In this document: positions 12,968 through 26,268 of the stretch, piece after piece
How positions within the stretch are numbered: position 1 is the stretch's first letter
Layout: each line of letters begins with the position of its first letter
Assembly: GCA_964016885.1 (NCBI GenBank)
Contig: OZ024745.1
Span: 5,394,001 to 5,458,000, forward strand
From: Eledone cirrhosa
Lineage: Eukaryota
Direction: 5' to 3'
DNA length: 64,000 bases
The notes under the pieces: model-generated
The model's input: only the letters and a program-made list of their open reading frames with translations
Databases searched by the model: none
What the model was told of the DNA's origin: nothing
Translations under genes and position numbers: made by a program

Positions 12968-14056
12968 CCAGATACAAGTAGGAGTACATCAAGGTTTGGT
13001 CCTCAGCCTGCTCTTGTTCTTTATAGTCCTCCAAACCATAGCAGATGAGTTTAAGACTGGCTGTCCATGGGAACTTCTCTATGCTGACGATCTGGTTCTT
13101 ATAGCAGAATCAGTAGAGGAGCTATAAAATAAATTCTGGCTATGGAAATAGCAGTGGGAATCAATAGGAGTGAGAGTGAACCTAGCTAAGACAAAAGTGT
13201 TGATGAGTAGAAAAGAGGACAAAACTCTGATTCCGTCAGGGAAATGGCCATGTTCGATATGCAGAAAAGGAACTGGCATAAATTCTATAAAATGCACACA
13301 ATGCAGATCTTGGGTACACAAGAGATGTAGTGGGATAGCAGGCAAACTAACAGGTAGGGAGAAATACGTATGCAGTAGATGTACAGGGAAATTAGACTGT
13401 AGAAGTCGCATTGATAGACACATTTTTCAAATGCAGGCAGGTGTTATAGAAGTGGTGGATAGCTTCCGGTACCTAGGAGATCAGATTAGCATGGGAGGGG
13501 GTGTTCCAAGGCCATAGTATCTAGAATAAGGACGGGTTGGAAGAAGTTTAGGGAGCTGCTACCTCTGCTGACGAAGAAGGGTTTCTCCCTGCGTACGAAA
13601 AGCCGGTGAGGAGCGCGATGCTGCATGGTAGTGAGACTTGGGCAGCAACTACAGAGGATATGCGACAGCTGGAGAGAAATGAGGCAAGCATGCTCCGTTG
13701 GATGTGCAATGTCAATGTGCATCAACGACCGAGCATGGATGTGTTGAGAGAGAAACTGTGTCTGAGATCTGAGAGGAATAGAATGTAGTGTGCGAGAGAG
13801 GAGAGTGTGGTGGTATGGACATGTGATGTGCATGGAGGATGACCGATGGGTGAAGAAGTGCCAGGAAATGCCAGTTGAAGGAAGATGTGGTAGAGGTAGA
13901 CCACGAAAAACATGGGCGGAGGTGGTGAGAACAGACCTCAGATCGCTGAAGCTCACAGAGGAGATGACGAAGGACCGTGACAAGTGGAGAGACGGTGTGC
14001 TGAATAGGACCCGTCCCACCCTTGCAAGCAGGGAAAAGCAGACGTAAAATGATGAT
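12968..14056 (+). mobile_element. Degenerate RTE LINE (third, older family)
   Basis: QVGVHQG, ELLYADD, WVHKRC, LHGSETW and GRPRKTW spread over broken ORFs with stops and frameshifts. Confidence 0.88.
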
Positions 14057-14072
14057 TATATATATATATATA

Positions 14073-15515
14073 TTGGTTTGAGTCATAAATAATTCCTGTA
14101 TTTTAAAAGCAAGTTGTAACTACGCATTTCAAACTTTCAATGTTTTAAATACAACCAGAAATTACCTGATTAGAGAGATTCTTCATCAGTCATTCTTATT
14201 TCATTAGTGAAAGAGTGCAAATCATAATTTAATTTATGATTTCACACCCCTAAAATGGGGGAAGTACATATTTGACACAATGTTGTGGGAGTTTAAGAAT
14301 AACAAAAACCCTACAGAAACAGCTAAGAAAATTTGTAGTTTTTATGGCCAGGGTGTCATTACTGACCACCAATTCTGAAACTGGCTTTCAAAGTTTCATT
14401 CTGGGGACACGTTATTGAGAGATGGACACAGACCAGGACACTCAACAGACTTTGATAAATATGAGAGATGGATCCAGACCAGGACACTCAACAGACTTTG
14501 ATAAATATGAGAGATGGACACAGACCAGGACACTCAACAGACTTTGATAAATATGAGAGATGGACACAGACCAGGACACTCAACAGACTTTGATAAATAT
14601 GAGAGATGGACACAGACCAGGACACTCAACAGACTTTGATAAATATGAGAGATGGACACAGACCAGGACACTCAACAGACTTTGATAAATATGAGAGATG
14701 GACACAGACCAGGACACTCAACAGACTTTGATAAATATGAGAGATGGACACAGACCAGGACACTCAACAGACTTTGATAAATATGAGAGATGGACACAGA
14801 CCAGGACACTCAACAGACTTTGATAAATATGAGAGATGGACACAGACCAGGACACTCAACAGACTTTGATAAATATGAGAGATGGACCCAGACCAGGACA
14901 CTCAACAGACTTTGATAAATATGAGAGATGGACACAGACCAGGACACTCAACAGACTTTGATAAATATGAGAGATGGACCCAGACCAGGACACTCAACAG
15001 ACTTTGATAAATATGAGAGATGGACACAGACCAGGACACTCAACAGACTTTGATAAATATGAGAGATGGACACAGACCAGGACACTCAACAGACTTTGAT
15101 AAATATGAGAGATGGACACAGACCAGGACACTCAACAGACTTTGATAAATATGAGAGATGGACCCAGACCAGGACACTCAACAAACTTTGATAAATATGA
15201 GAGATGGACCCAGACCAGGACACTCAACAGACTTTGATAAATATGCTTTAAGAGAATTGATGGAATGCAATCTGCACAAAAGTAGTTAAGAATTAGCATT
15301 TGACCTCAACATATCCCAATCCACAATCTGCCACCACTTGGAAAAAATAGGAAAAGTGAGCAAGCTGGACGTTTGGGTTTCTCATACTCTTAGTGAGAAG
15401 AATAAGGAAGATCACTTATCCATAGCAACAAGTCTTCTTTCAAGACAGAGAAATGACCCGTTTCTCAAGAATACCTTTGCAGGTGATGAAAAATGGGTCT
15501 TTTATGACAATGTTT
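14073..15515 (+). mobile_element. Mariner transposon relic interrupted by an internal satellite
   Basis: Translates GKVSKLDVWVSHTLSEKNK..PFLKNTFAGDEKWVFYDN (WVPHEL- and GDEKW-like motifs); starts TA|TTGGTTTGAGTCATAAATAA like a mariner TIR; 3' part missing. Confidence 0.85.
14417..15244. repeat. 46 bp minisatellite, 18 copies
   Basis: GAGAGATGGACACAGACCAGGACACTCAACAGACTTTGATAAATAT with exact 46 bp period from 14417 to 15199. Confidence 0.96.
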
Positions 15516-17159
15516 AAAGACTTTTAATTATTTTGGCTAGTTGATATCTCATATTGTTGCTGTCACAGAAACTAAAATTAAATTATAGCCATCACTGGCA
15601 ATCGAGTATGACTTGGTAGTATGTAGCATGCCTTTATTGAGGGTTTTAGGTACCCAGGTAGTCATGAGCAGGCACAGACACCCTTATGGCCCTCTCATTT
15701 GATCCAGTAGATTCCTTCCTATAGATGGAATCTTCTAGAGTTCCTTCTTCAATCTTGCTTTTTATTTCCTCCAGATGTTGACTTACAGAAGTTGAGTGTT
15801 AGTATCATTGACTTCACCTGGGAGGTGGGAGGGTCAACACTAATAATGGATGTTAACTCTCATCTTCTGGCTAATAGAAGAATACAGAAATAAGTTTGCT
15901 TGTTTCTGTATTCTTATAACTACAGAGACAAATTCTATAGACTTTTGTAATTCATAAAAGGATTCACTTAAGTATTGTTTTCATAAACTGGTTTATTGCT
16001 TTTAGTGTAGCTTTGTAATAGCTAACAATACCTTGAAAATATGTGACAATGGTTATCACTCATTTATCTTTAGAATGGGAATTTTTTCAAATGTGCTATC
16101 GTTTTAGTATAGTTTTTCAAATGATTAAAATCTGTAGTGTGTTTTTCCAATCTTAGAAAATACTTATTTTCTTGGCTTCTTCTTTTGTTACATAATATTG
16201 GCATTATACTCTTGGAGAAATAACTTGTGTCTAATCTGATTAATCTGATTGAAGTTTTTAGCATATCTTTTACATGATCTTAATGGCTTGTAATTTTCTC
16301 AGCTTTACATTTTCCTAAATATATTGCTTATTGCTGCTTTCCAAATGGCCAACTTTACAGACTGCATTTAACTGAAGTAGTCTTTCTTTATCAAAGTCAT
16401 ACGCCTTATTAAACTAGTATTGATAATAATATTTTCATACAGTCAGTAATATTATGCCTATAATTATTTCTTATACATTATACTTATATCTATTGCTCCT
16501 TGTCAGCCATCTTACAATTAAAACATTAAACATTCTTTCTTTCAACTAAAAAAAAATTTATACATATTGCAACAGTTTTCAACAAATATGGCATCCCTCC
16601 TCTTCTAACTCCAATTCATAAATGTTTCCATCTCATGGATGTTATACCATGTGGCTTGTTTCGGTATGTTATACCATGTGCCTACCCCACCCCTGCCTCT
16701 CATTTCTGTGGTACAAATACCCCACCCCCTGCCTCTCATTTCTATGGTACAATTTCCCCACCCTCTCTCTCTCTCTCGAATTCATTTCTGCAATCCAGGT
16801 TGAAACGTTTTATTCCAACTTTTCCCCCCAAATGGTATTCTGCTGTCTCTACTGTTTTTCCTTACCTACCCAGAAATTGGTAATAATGGTAACAGATTTA
16901 CTTGTTCTTTATTATACACAACTGCCATTAACTTGGTAGAAGCTACATAAACAAAGAAACTAAATAAATGATAAAGGGAGAAACAATGTTATCTCTGATC
17001 GAGATGAAGCAAGAGTGTATTTGAATTAATATAAAAATGAGAAACTTCAACGCTAGAACAGCCGCTAAAACAGCTGATATTTCAGTTACTTTAGCAGGAA
17101 GTGTTTCTTTTTCATTTTGCTGAATGTTCCACTTGACTATTTCTTTCTACATGAAAACA

Positions 17160-19362
17160 TCTCTCTCAGAACTCTTCTGTCTAAAGTCATTGACTTTGTG
17201 TCTCTCTCAGAACTCTTCTATCTAAAGTCATTGACTTTGTGTCTCTCCCAGAACTCTTCTATCTAAAGTCATTGACTTTGTGTCTCTCTCAGAACTCTTC
17301 TATCTAAAGTCATTGACTTTGTGTCTCTCTCAGAACTGTTCTATCTAAAGTCATTGACTTTGAGTCTCTCTCAGAACTCTTCTATCTAAAGTCATTGACT
17401 TTGTCTCTCTCTCAGAACTCTTCTATCTAAAGTCATTGACTTTGTGTCTCTCTCAGAACTCTTCTGTCTAAAGTCATTGACTTTGTGTCTCTCTCAGAAC
17501 TCTTGTCTAAAGTCATTGACTTTCTGTCTCTCTCAGAACTCTTCTGTCTAAAGTCATTGACTTTGTGTCTCTCTCAGAACTCTTCTGTCTAAAGTCATTG
17601 ACTTTGTGTCTCTCTCAGAACTCTTGTCTAAAGTCATTTTCTTTCTGCCTCTCTCAGAACTCTTCTGTCTAAAGTCATTGACTTTGTGTCTCTCTCAGAA
17701 CTCTTCTGTCTAAAGTCATTGACTTTCTGTCTCTCTCAGAACTCTTCTGTCTAAAGTCATTGACTCTGTGTCTCTCTCCCAGAACTCTTCTATCTAAAGT
17801 CATTGACTTTCTGTCTCTCTCAGAACTCTTCTATCTAAAGTCTTGACTTTGTCTCTCTCCCAAAACTCTTCTATCTAAAGTCATTGACTTTATGTCTCTC
17901 CCAGAACTCTTCTATCTAAAGTTATTGACTTTGTGTCTCTCTCAGAACTCTTCTATCTAAAGTCTTGACTTTGTGTCTCTCTCAGAACTCTTCTATCTAA
18001 AGTCTTGACTATGTTTTTTTGCTCAGAACTCTTCTATCTAAAGTCATTGACTTTGTCTCTCTCCCAGAACTCTTCTATCTAAAGTCATTGACTTTGAGTC
18101 TCTCTCATAACTCTTCTGTCTAAAGTCATTGACTTTGTGTCTCTCTCAGAACTCTTCTATCTAAAGTCATTGACTTTGTGTCTCTCCCAGAACTCTTCTA
18201 TCTAAAGTCATTGACTTTGTCTCTCTCCCAGAACTCTTCTATCTAAAGTCATTGACTTTGTCTCTCTCCCAGAACTCTTCTATCTAAAGTCATTGACTTT
18301 GTGTCTCTCTCAGAACTCTTCTATCTAAAGTCATTGACTTTGTGTCTCTCTCAGAACTCTTCTATCTAAAGTCTTGACTTTATGTCTCTCCCAGAACTCT
18401 TCTATCTAAAGTCATTGACTTTGTGTCTCTCTCAGAACTCTTCTATCTAAAGTCTTGACTATGTTTATTTGCTCAGAACTCTTCTATCTAAAGTCATTGA
18501 CTTTGTGTCTCTCTCAGAACTCTTCTATCTGAATTCATTGACTTTGTCTCTCTCCCAGAACTCTTCTATCTAAAGTCATTGACTTTGTGTCTCTCAGAAC
18601 TCTTCTATCTAAAGTCTTGACTTTGTCTCTCTCTCAGAACTCTTCTATCTAAAGTCATTGACTTTGTGTCTCTCTCAGAACTCTTCTGTCTAAAGTCATT
18701 GACTCTGTGTCTCTCTCAGAACTCTTCTGTCTAAAGTCATTGACTTTGTCTCTCTCCCAGAACTCTTCTATCTAAAGTCATTGACTTTATGTCTCTCCCG
18801 GAACTCTTCTATCTAAAGTCATTGACTTTGAGTCTCTCTCAGAACTCTTCTATCTAAAGTCATTGACTTTGTCTCTCTCCCAGAACTCTTCTATCTAAAG
18901 TCATTGACTTTGTGTCTCTCTCAGAACTCTTCTGTCTAAAGTCATTGACTATGTGTCTCTCTCAGAACTCTTCTATCTAAAGTCATTGACTTTATGTCTC
19001 TCCCGGAACTCTTCTATCTAAAGTCATAGACTTTGTGTCTCTCCCAGAACTCTTCTATCTAAAGTCATTGACTTTGTCTCTCTCTCAGAACTCTTTTATC
19101 TAAAGTCATTGACTTTGTGTCTCTGTCAGGACTCTTCTATCTAAAGTCATTGACTTTTAGTCTCTCTCAGAACTCTTCTGTCTAAAGTCATTGACTTTGT
19201 GTCTCTCTCAGAACTCTTCTGTCTAAAGTCATTGACTTTGTGTCTCTCTCAGAACTCTTGTCTAAAGTCATTTACTTTCTGTCTCTCTCAGAACTCTTCT
19301 GTCTAAAGTCATTGACTTTCTGTCTCTCTCAGAACTCTTCTGTCTAAAGTCATTGACTTTGT
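17160..19362. repeat. Satellite of about 41 bp, roughly 50 or more copies
   Basis: CTCTCTCAGAACTCTTCT(A/G)TCTAAAGTCATTGACTTTGTGT; internal palindrome AAAGTCA-T-TGACTTT. Confidence 0.96.
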
Positions 19363-19654
19363 TAACTTGCGAGCAAAGTTTATAGTTGAGTTTAAAAAAA
19401 AATATTTTATTAAAATTTGAAATATTGGAATCCAAACTCAGAAATAGCTATCATTATCATCGTCGCCACTGCCGTTTAACGTCCATGATGATGATGATGA
19501 TAGCTATATATAATACTAGCTTTAGTAAATTAGGTAAAATATCCCCAGCGACAGAAAAAAGGGGCCAACAGCATTTGAATTCTAACTTTTCAAATTTCAA
19601 ATCATCTAAGTGCTTTGGTTAATCATATTAATCATAAAGTTTTGTCTGAAACTA

Positions 19655-19843
19655 ACCCAGACCCCAGATATATGTACACATAAATCCCTATATACTGAGT
19701 TACCCAGACCCCAGATATATGTACACATAAATCCCTATATATTGAGTTACCCAGAACCCAGATATATGTACACATAAATCCCTATATGCTAAGTTACCCA
19801 GACCCCAGATATATGTACACATAAATCCCTATATACTGAGTTA
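19655..19843. repeat. 47 bp tandem repeat, 4 copies
   Basis: ACCCAGACCCCAGATATATGTACACATAAATCCCTATATACTGAGTT repeated. Confidence 0.9.
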
Positions 19844-20136
19844 CTTAATATTTTTAATTTGAAGTCTATACCACATATTAGACATGTTTCGAATAGTCTT
19901 CATACAATATATCAGTAACATTTCTTACATAACTTTTATCTGCATACAGATCTATTTTTGAATTTCTAATGTAAGAAATTATTTTACTTTTTATATATGC
20001 ACCGTTTGGCTTTAAATTCTTACATGTTTCTATTCATCTTCGTCAAAATTCTTCTACATTTTTATTTGTCTATCAAAATTATCATATCCTTGTTTCTTTC
20101 ATGTTGATATATATTTAGCTTTATTCTTTTTAACAG

Positions 20137-20233
20137 ACTAAAAGAAGAGAGTGAAAAAATAAGTAATAACCTCCTGGCTAAATACGAAGAGAAAATTAAA
20201 GTGATCCGCCGACAAAATACTGCTGCACTCATG
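20137..20233 (+). CDS. CEP112: Exon of CEP112-like protein (RLKEESEKISNNLLAKYEEKIKVIRRQNTAALM)
   Basis: TTCTTTTTAACAG acceptor, ATG|GTAAGT donor; 97 nt (1+96) matching the preceding phase. Confidence 0.8.
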
Positions 20234-20905
20234 GTAAGTTACACCTAACAGAAAATGATTAATCAAATGTCAGAAAAAAACACATTCTTTATGTTAAATT
20301 CTTTATTTATTCGTTTGTGTTTATTAATTTATCAAACTATGAAATAAGGGAAAATTTCCCAAAGGAATAACTTTGCCATTAAATCTGAATATGAAATCCA
20401 AATGGAATTGTTTATCTTTTCCTGGATATTGCTTTGAAGAGCTGACAGAATTCAATGATTGTTGATAATTCTTTCAAAAGTTATTAGAACGAATGTTTCT
20501 CAGAAATACATCCTTTGTTGCTGCGGTTAGCTTTTGTTAAGGCAACAACAACAACAAACAGACAAATGGAATTCTGAATATGTGAGAAATATAAAAGAAT
20601 GACATGACTTCAACATCACTGCTTCAACATGTTAGTAATTGTATATTTGAATTATTTTACCAAGCTTTCAAGGCATTTTTTTTTTTAATATAAAAAAACT
20701 TATATCAATAAATAGAAAGTTGTCTCTTTTTTTTAATAATTTTATTATATTAATAAAATTAGCTTTATCTGCATGATGCTGTTATCACAATGAATATTTA
20801 TTGAGTTTCATAGAAATCATATGCAATCAATAACATTTATTATATGATCTTTGACTTTCTTGTGAGATCTTTACTTTCAAGAGAAAAGTTTTACATTTTT
20901 TTAAA

Positions 20906-21082
20906 TAGAATAAAAGTATAGCTCTTACATTTAGAGAATAAAAATATAGCTCTTACATTTAGAGAATAAAAATATAGCTCTTACATTTTGAGAATAAAAG
21001 TGTAGCTCTTACATTTAGAATAAAAGTGTAGCTCTTACATTTAGAGAATAAAAGTGTAGCTCTTACATTTAGAGAATAAAAT
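20906..21082. repeat. Tandem repeat of about 28 bp, about 6 copies
   Basis: AGAGAATAAAAGTGTAGCTCTTACATTT repeated. Confidence 0.85.
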
Positions 21083-22023
21083 TCATAAAAGAAAAATATC
21101 TTACATTCTTTCATTAATCTATAAAAAAAAGAAGTGAAGAGTATAAAATAACATGTGTAATTTAGGATTCCAGTAGTGTTGATACTTACAATATTAGTCT
21201 GAAGTGATATAAAATTAGAGATTCTTGAGGCTGGGTATACCACAGAAATATATTATAAAAATATGAAAAAGAAATATTGACATGTCTGAATGTTTAACAC
21301 GAGACATGAGAGTAGTCTGGGTTTTTTAAACAATTAGCTTCATTTCTTCTGTTTTTATCTGTAGTTATGTTTGAATCTCTCCTATAGCTACTGATTGTCT
21401 TTAGATGTCCTGGTTGTACATACACACACACACAGGCATACACACACACACACACACACTTGTGGTGTTATTTCTTTTGCAATCATGTATTGAGTTTGTT
21501 GTTTCTCAGTTGTATATACCAAGGTGCCATTATCTTTATATATATATATATATATATAACGAAGGAAGTGTGGTAAGGAACCAGGTGGACCATAACGCAC
21601 CAGTGTTCTCAATACTTAGGGTAGTAGAGTGGGTAATAGGAAAATGTTTAACCCTGACGGCAGAGGTGAAGCCGTTTCAATGGCAATTTCAGCCCATGCA
21701 TGTAGCAGAATCATGTTTATTACCAAGAAACATGTAGTAAACATGTTTCTGCTACATGTATGGGGCCTTCACACACATAGCTAATGTTGGTATCAGGACA
21801 AAAAGTGGCAGTTCACACTGTAAATGTGGTTGACATTAGGAAGGGCATCCAGCAGTAGAAACCAAGCCAGAAACAGTTCTGTATGAGCAAGACATGGTCA
21901 TCTGATCTCACTTGTCTCAATGGGACAACTTACAGGGAAAATGGACATTAAACAGTGATGATAGTGATGATGATGATTACAGATTAACAGTAATTTAATA
22001 GTTTTCACTTTATTTCAATGTAG

Positions 22024-22113
22024 GCCCTTCAACAGAAATATGACGAAGATTACTCGAAATACCGAAACAATGAGCGGCAACTTGAGCTACAAATCAACAA
22101 CTACGAAGAAAAG
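22024..22113 (+). CDS. CEP112: Exon of CEP112-like protein (ALQQKYDEDYSKYRNNERQLELQINNYEEK)
   Basis: TAG acceptor, AAG|GTAATG donor; 90 nt, phase 0-0, heptad-like composition. Confidence 0.8.
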
Positions 22114-22139
22114 GTAATGGAAGTATATTGAAACTGTTT

Positions 22140-22330
22140 AATAATTGTTTCTACTTTTGGCACAAGGCCAGCAATTATCTCAGTGCATTACTGGTACTTT
22201 ATTTTATTGACCCCGTAAGGATGAAAGGCAAAATTAACCTCAGTAGGATTTGAACTCAGAACGTAAAGGGCCATAACTCTGTGCTACAAAGCATGGTGTC
22301 TGACGCTCTACCGATTCTGCCAATCCATTG
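22140..22330 (-). mobile_element. tRNA-derived SINE with Meta-domain-like core
   Basis: B-box-like GAGTTCAAATCC on the minus strand; homologous to 12280-12475. Confidence 0.6.
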
Positions 22331-22792
22331 CTCTTTAAACTGTTTAACAATATAAAGTATACACTCCTATCACTCTGCTTCACTTTAATCATCAAGACTG
22401 TCTTGTGGAGTAAAGGGCAACATCACTAGTGTTGCTGCTGCAATAAAATGCACCCAGTACACTCTGAAAAGTGACTGGCAAATGAAGGACAATGTAGAGT
22501 TGAGTGGGTGTTGCTGAGGCCATTACAACCTCTCTCGTGCCATAACTAAATGTATCTAGTACACAGTGTTAGGAGGCTCCAGCCACAGAAACCATGATAA
22601 AATGGAATGTACAAGTGAGATATAACTCCAATATGTCTTGAAGGACAGAAACATGGAATAAGAACTGTGTGACACACCATCTCACCTCCTCTGCCAGTAG
22701 AGGAAGTAAATATTGTTGTTACTACTGTTAAAGTTTCATAAACAAATACAACTGCAACAAACAACTTTATACAACTTTCATATTTATTTCAG

Positions 22793-22858
22793 CTTTCAGA
22801 GCTTCAACTTCATTACGAAAATAAAATCTTAGGCCTGATGCCAAAATGTGTCCACCGT
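22793..22858 (+). CDS. CEP112: Exon of CEP112-like protein (LSELQLHYENKILGLMPKCVHR)
   Basis: TTTCAG acceptor, CGT|GTAAGT donor; YENKILGLMP resembles YETKLKGLMP near the human CEP112 C-terminus (from memory). Confidence 0.8.
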
Positions 22859-22905
22859 GTAAGTTATCATTTCAGTTGTCTATGTTGTTACCAGTACCAG
22901 TGATA

Positions 22906-23220
22906 TGTGAAGGTACATGGCTTTGTGGTTAGGGTGTTTAGATCATGATTGTAAAGTTATGAGTCCTGGACTGGGTGGTGTGTTGTGTACTTGAACAAGG
23001 CACTTTATTTCATGTTGCTCCAGTCCACTCAGCTGGCAGAAATGAGCTGTACCTGTAATTCAAGGGGCTAACCATGTCAATCATTGTGTCACTGAATCAC
23101 CCTGAGAACTATGTTAAAGATGCTAGTGTCTGTGGAATGCTCAGCCACTTACATATTAATTCCACTAGCAGGCAGTTCCATTGATTGAATCAGTTGGTGC
23201 ACATCATCAGAAAGGATGAG
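22906..23220 (+). mobile_element. tRNA-derived CORE-type SINE
   Basis: A-box-like TGGCTTTGTGG, then GTGTACTTGAACAAGGCACTTTATTTCATGTTGCTCCAG. Confidence 0.6.
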
Positions 23221-23479
23221 AGTCTAACACATATATGGAAGAGAAATATTGAAAGCAAGGATAAGCAATCACTCCATGGTTGCAGGTGTGAAAGAATGCT
23301 AATTTTCTTTGCTTTAGTATACCTGTGAATTAAGGTGTGGAAACTAGAAGTGCATTTACCTGCCTAACACGGAGAATCTTTACTACATGACTGAATTAGA
23401 ATTGTATCAGTGAAATCCTTTTAAAAAGTAGTTCCAAGGAAACATTTGTGTAAGACATAAACAATATATATATAAACAT

Positions 23480-24092
23480 AAAAAATGAAACAAAATTTCA
23501 TTTCCCACTCTTAGTACGGCTGTTACTTAAATATAAGTATGTACACGTACATACATATATTTATACAGACGTACAGTAGTATGTATATATATATATACAT
23601 ACAAGCACAAATATATATATGTACGTATGGATTCACCAAACATTTATTATAATGCTCGGTGTGTTTGTAAACAAACATCCCGTATTAAGCCGTAGTGTCT
23701 AGCAACCTTCGTTGCTCGTTTGTTCAACACTGACAAAGGAACGCTGTACTAGTTTCAAGCTTATTAGCTATCGTCAGCAACGTATACTTTCCTGCCAGAT
23801 TGTTGAACGTATATACTTACCTTATGCATATTAATGGCTGAGTAGCCCAATTTGCATATCGAGTGGGTTAATCGGCCGGGTGCAACGAAAACGATAAACG
23901 GAAAAAATGAAACGAAATTTCATTTCCCACTCTTAGTACGGCTGTTACTTAAATATAAGTATGTACACGTACATACATATATGTATACAGACGTACAGTA
24001 GTATGTATATATATATATATACATACATGCACACATATATATATGTACGTATGGATTCACCGAACATTTATTATAATGATCGGTGTGTTTGT
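23480..24092 (-). mobile_element. Non-coding HHR element family A (retrozyme-like), about 1.4 copies of a unit of about 420 nt
   Basis: About 23481-23668 is directly repeated at about 23903-24092; one intact hammerhead; no ORF; TA-rich flanks. Confidence 0.82.
23742..23782 (-). ncRNA. Type I hammerhead ribozyme (intact)
   Basis: Minus strand: CGUUG-CUGACGA-U-AGCU-AAUA-AGCU-U-GAAA-CUAG-UA-CAGCG; palindromic stem III ACUAGU; stem I extended by GUUCAACA/UGUUGAAC. Confidence 0.87.
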
Positions 24093-24095
24093 ATA

Positions 24096-24168
<73 letters not shown>

Positions 24169-24177
24169 ATATATATA

Positions 24178-24867
24178 TCATCATCATCATCATCGTTTAA
24201 CGTCCATGTTCCACGCTTGCATGGGTTTGGACGGGAGTTTTCCCACTTGAGGCAAGAGTGGTTGTCTTGCTCGCATAGGACTGTCTGGCGGGTTTTCTAC
24301 AGCTGGATGCCCTTCCTAACACCAACCACATTTACAGTGTGGGACTGGGAGGTTTTTACCGTGTTACCTACACGGCCACATTACAGCGTGGACTATGTGT
24401 TTTTTTGTCGTGACACCTACACAATCTCATTTGTTTCGGCCTGGATGTTGTGGCACCAACATAACTTTTCATTGAAAGGGGCGATGTGGATGGGGTGGGG
24501 GTGGTGGGACGGGGGTGTATTTTGTTAGAGGTGCCTACTGACTGTAGTAGGTTTTACTTTGTATTTAGGTAAGGCGGGTCTTCTCTATTACTGAGTACCG
24601 CCAAAGATCTCGGTCCAGTGACATTGTCTTGGAGAGGTGTAAGTGTGTGAGGTCGGAATTTATCAGGTCGTCCCAGGTTTTTCTGGGTCTGCCTACCGTC
24701 TATCTTTATTGTCCTGCACTTTTTTATACAGCTGTCGTCTTTCATGCGCATCACGTGACCATACCAGTGTAGCCTTCTCTCGAGTAAACAACATCTGATC
24801 CCTCTTATTTCTAATTTTTCCCTTATTTCGTTTATGCATTGCCATTCACGTATATTACTATTACACG

Positions 24868-24868
<1 letters not shown>
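24178..24868 (-). mobile_element. RTE LINE 3' fragment (family RTE-B)
   Basis: Near-identical to 6463-7081; (TGA)n tail. Confidence 0.88.
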
Positions 24869-24957
<89 letters not shown>

Positions 24958-25025
24958 AGTATGTAAATATATATATATGTATATACGATATTAATAAATG
25001 GAAACTATATTTATAAAACCATATT

Positions 25026-25090
25026 TATTTCATTATACATATTTCAGGGATACCAAATTAAATTATGGTATGCCTTCATCAGACAAAATA
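25026..25090 (-). ncRNA. Type I hammerhead ribozyme in a TA-flanked insert of about 180 bp (24985-25165)
   Basis: Minus strand: UAUUUUGU-CUGAUGA-AGGCAUACCA..UGGUAUCCCU-GAAA-UAUGUA-UA-AUGAAAUA; 8 bp stem I with two G-U pairs. Confidence 0.82.
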
Positions 25091-25202
25091 CAATATATAA
25101 CAGTTTTACAAATAAGCTTTGACGTACCCTTTTAAAGTGCGACCATTATTTTTGGAAGCCATCTGATATATATATGTATATGTATATATATATATATGTA
25201 TG

Positions 25203-25256
<54 letters not shown>

Positions 25257-25269
25257 TTATATATATATG

Positions 25270-25306
<37 letters not shown>

Positions 25307-25916
25307 GTATATATGTATGTATATATATGTATATATGTATGTATATATGTATGTATATATATGTATATGTATATATATGTATATATGTATGTATATATAT
25401 CCTCTTTCTTCCCGCTTGACCTTTCCGATTTCTTTTCTCTCGCGTTCTTGGTCAAGCCGGTATGAAATTTTTTTTCTCTCTCTCTCTCTCGTCTGCGACT
25501 TCACAGAACTTATGTTTACCGAATTCGCAGACCAGACCCCTTCTTCTTCCCCCCGTTAGACCTGTGCGAAATTCCTTCCTTGCTCACATTTCAACCAGGT
25601 TTGATGGTCTTTTGTCTCTTGTTCACGATTTCACCGAGTTTATATTCATAGAAATCTGGGACTTGTCTCTTTCTTCTCACTTTCTGTTGCTTAAACCATT
25701 TTGTTTGTTCACCCTAACGTCCCCTTTATTTACGTGTCCCAACGACTTTTTTTAGCCGTTGTTCGCACCAACCTGAGGTATATGGCCCTTAAAGCGATGA
25801 AATGCCTGGGACGGTTGGAGGGTCACTGATGAAGGACTTACTTTTTCATATGTATCCCATTTGCAATGCGCAGCTCCATTATTATCATATATGTATATAT
25901 ATATATATATTTATAT

Positions 25917-26050
<134 letters not shown>

Positions 26051-26058
26051 TATATACG

Positions 26059-26195
<137 letters not shown>

Positions 26196-26268
26196 ATATA
26201 TATATATATATTTCGTTTCTGAATTTGTTTAGCAAGATTCTTTATCTGAAATCGTGTGTTGAAACCGA

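Noticed and set aside
14417-19362. Regular arrays that might look like CRISPR
   Set aside because: Head-to-tail repeats with no unique spacers and no cas genes, in eukaryotic DNA.
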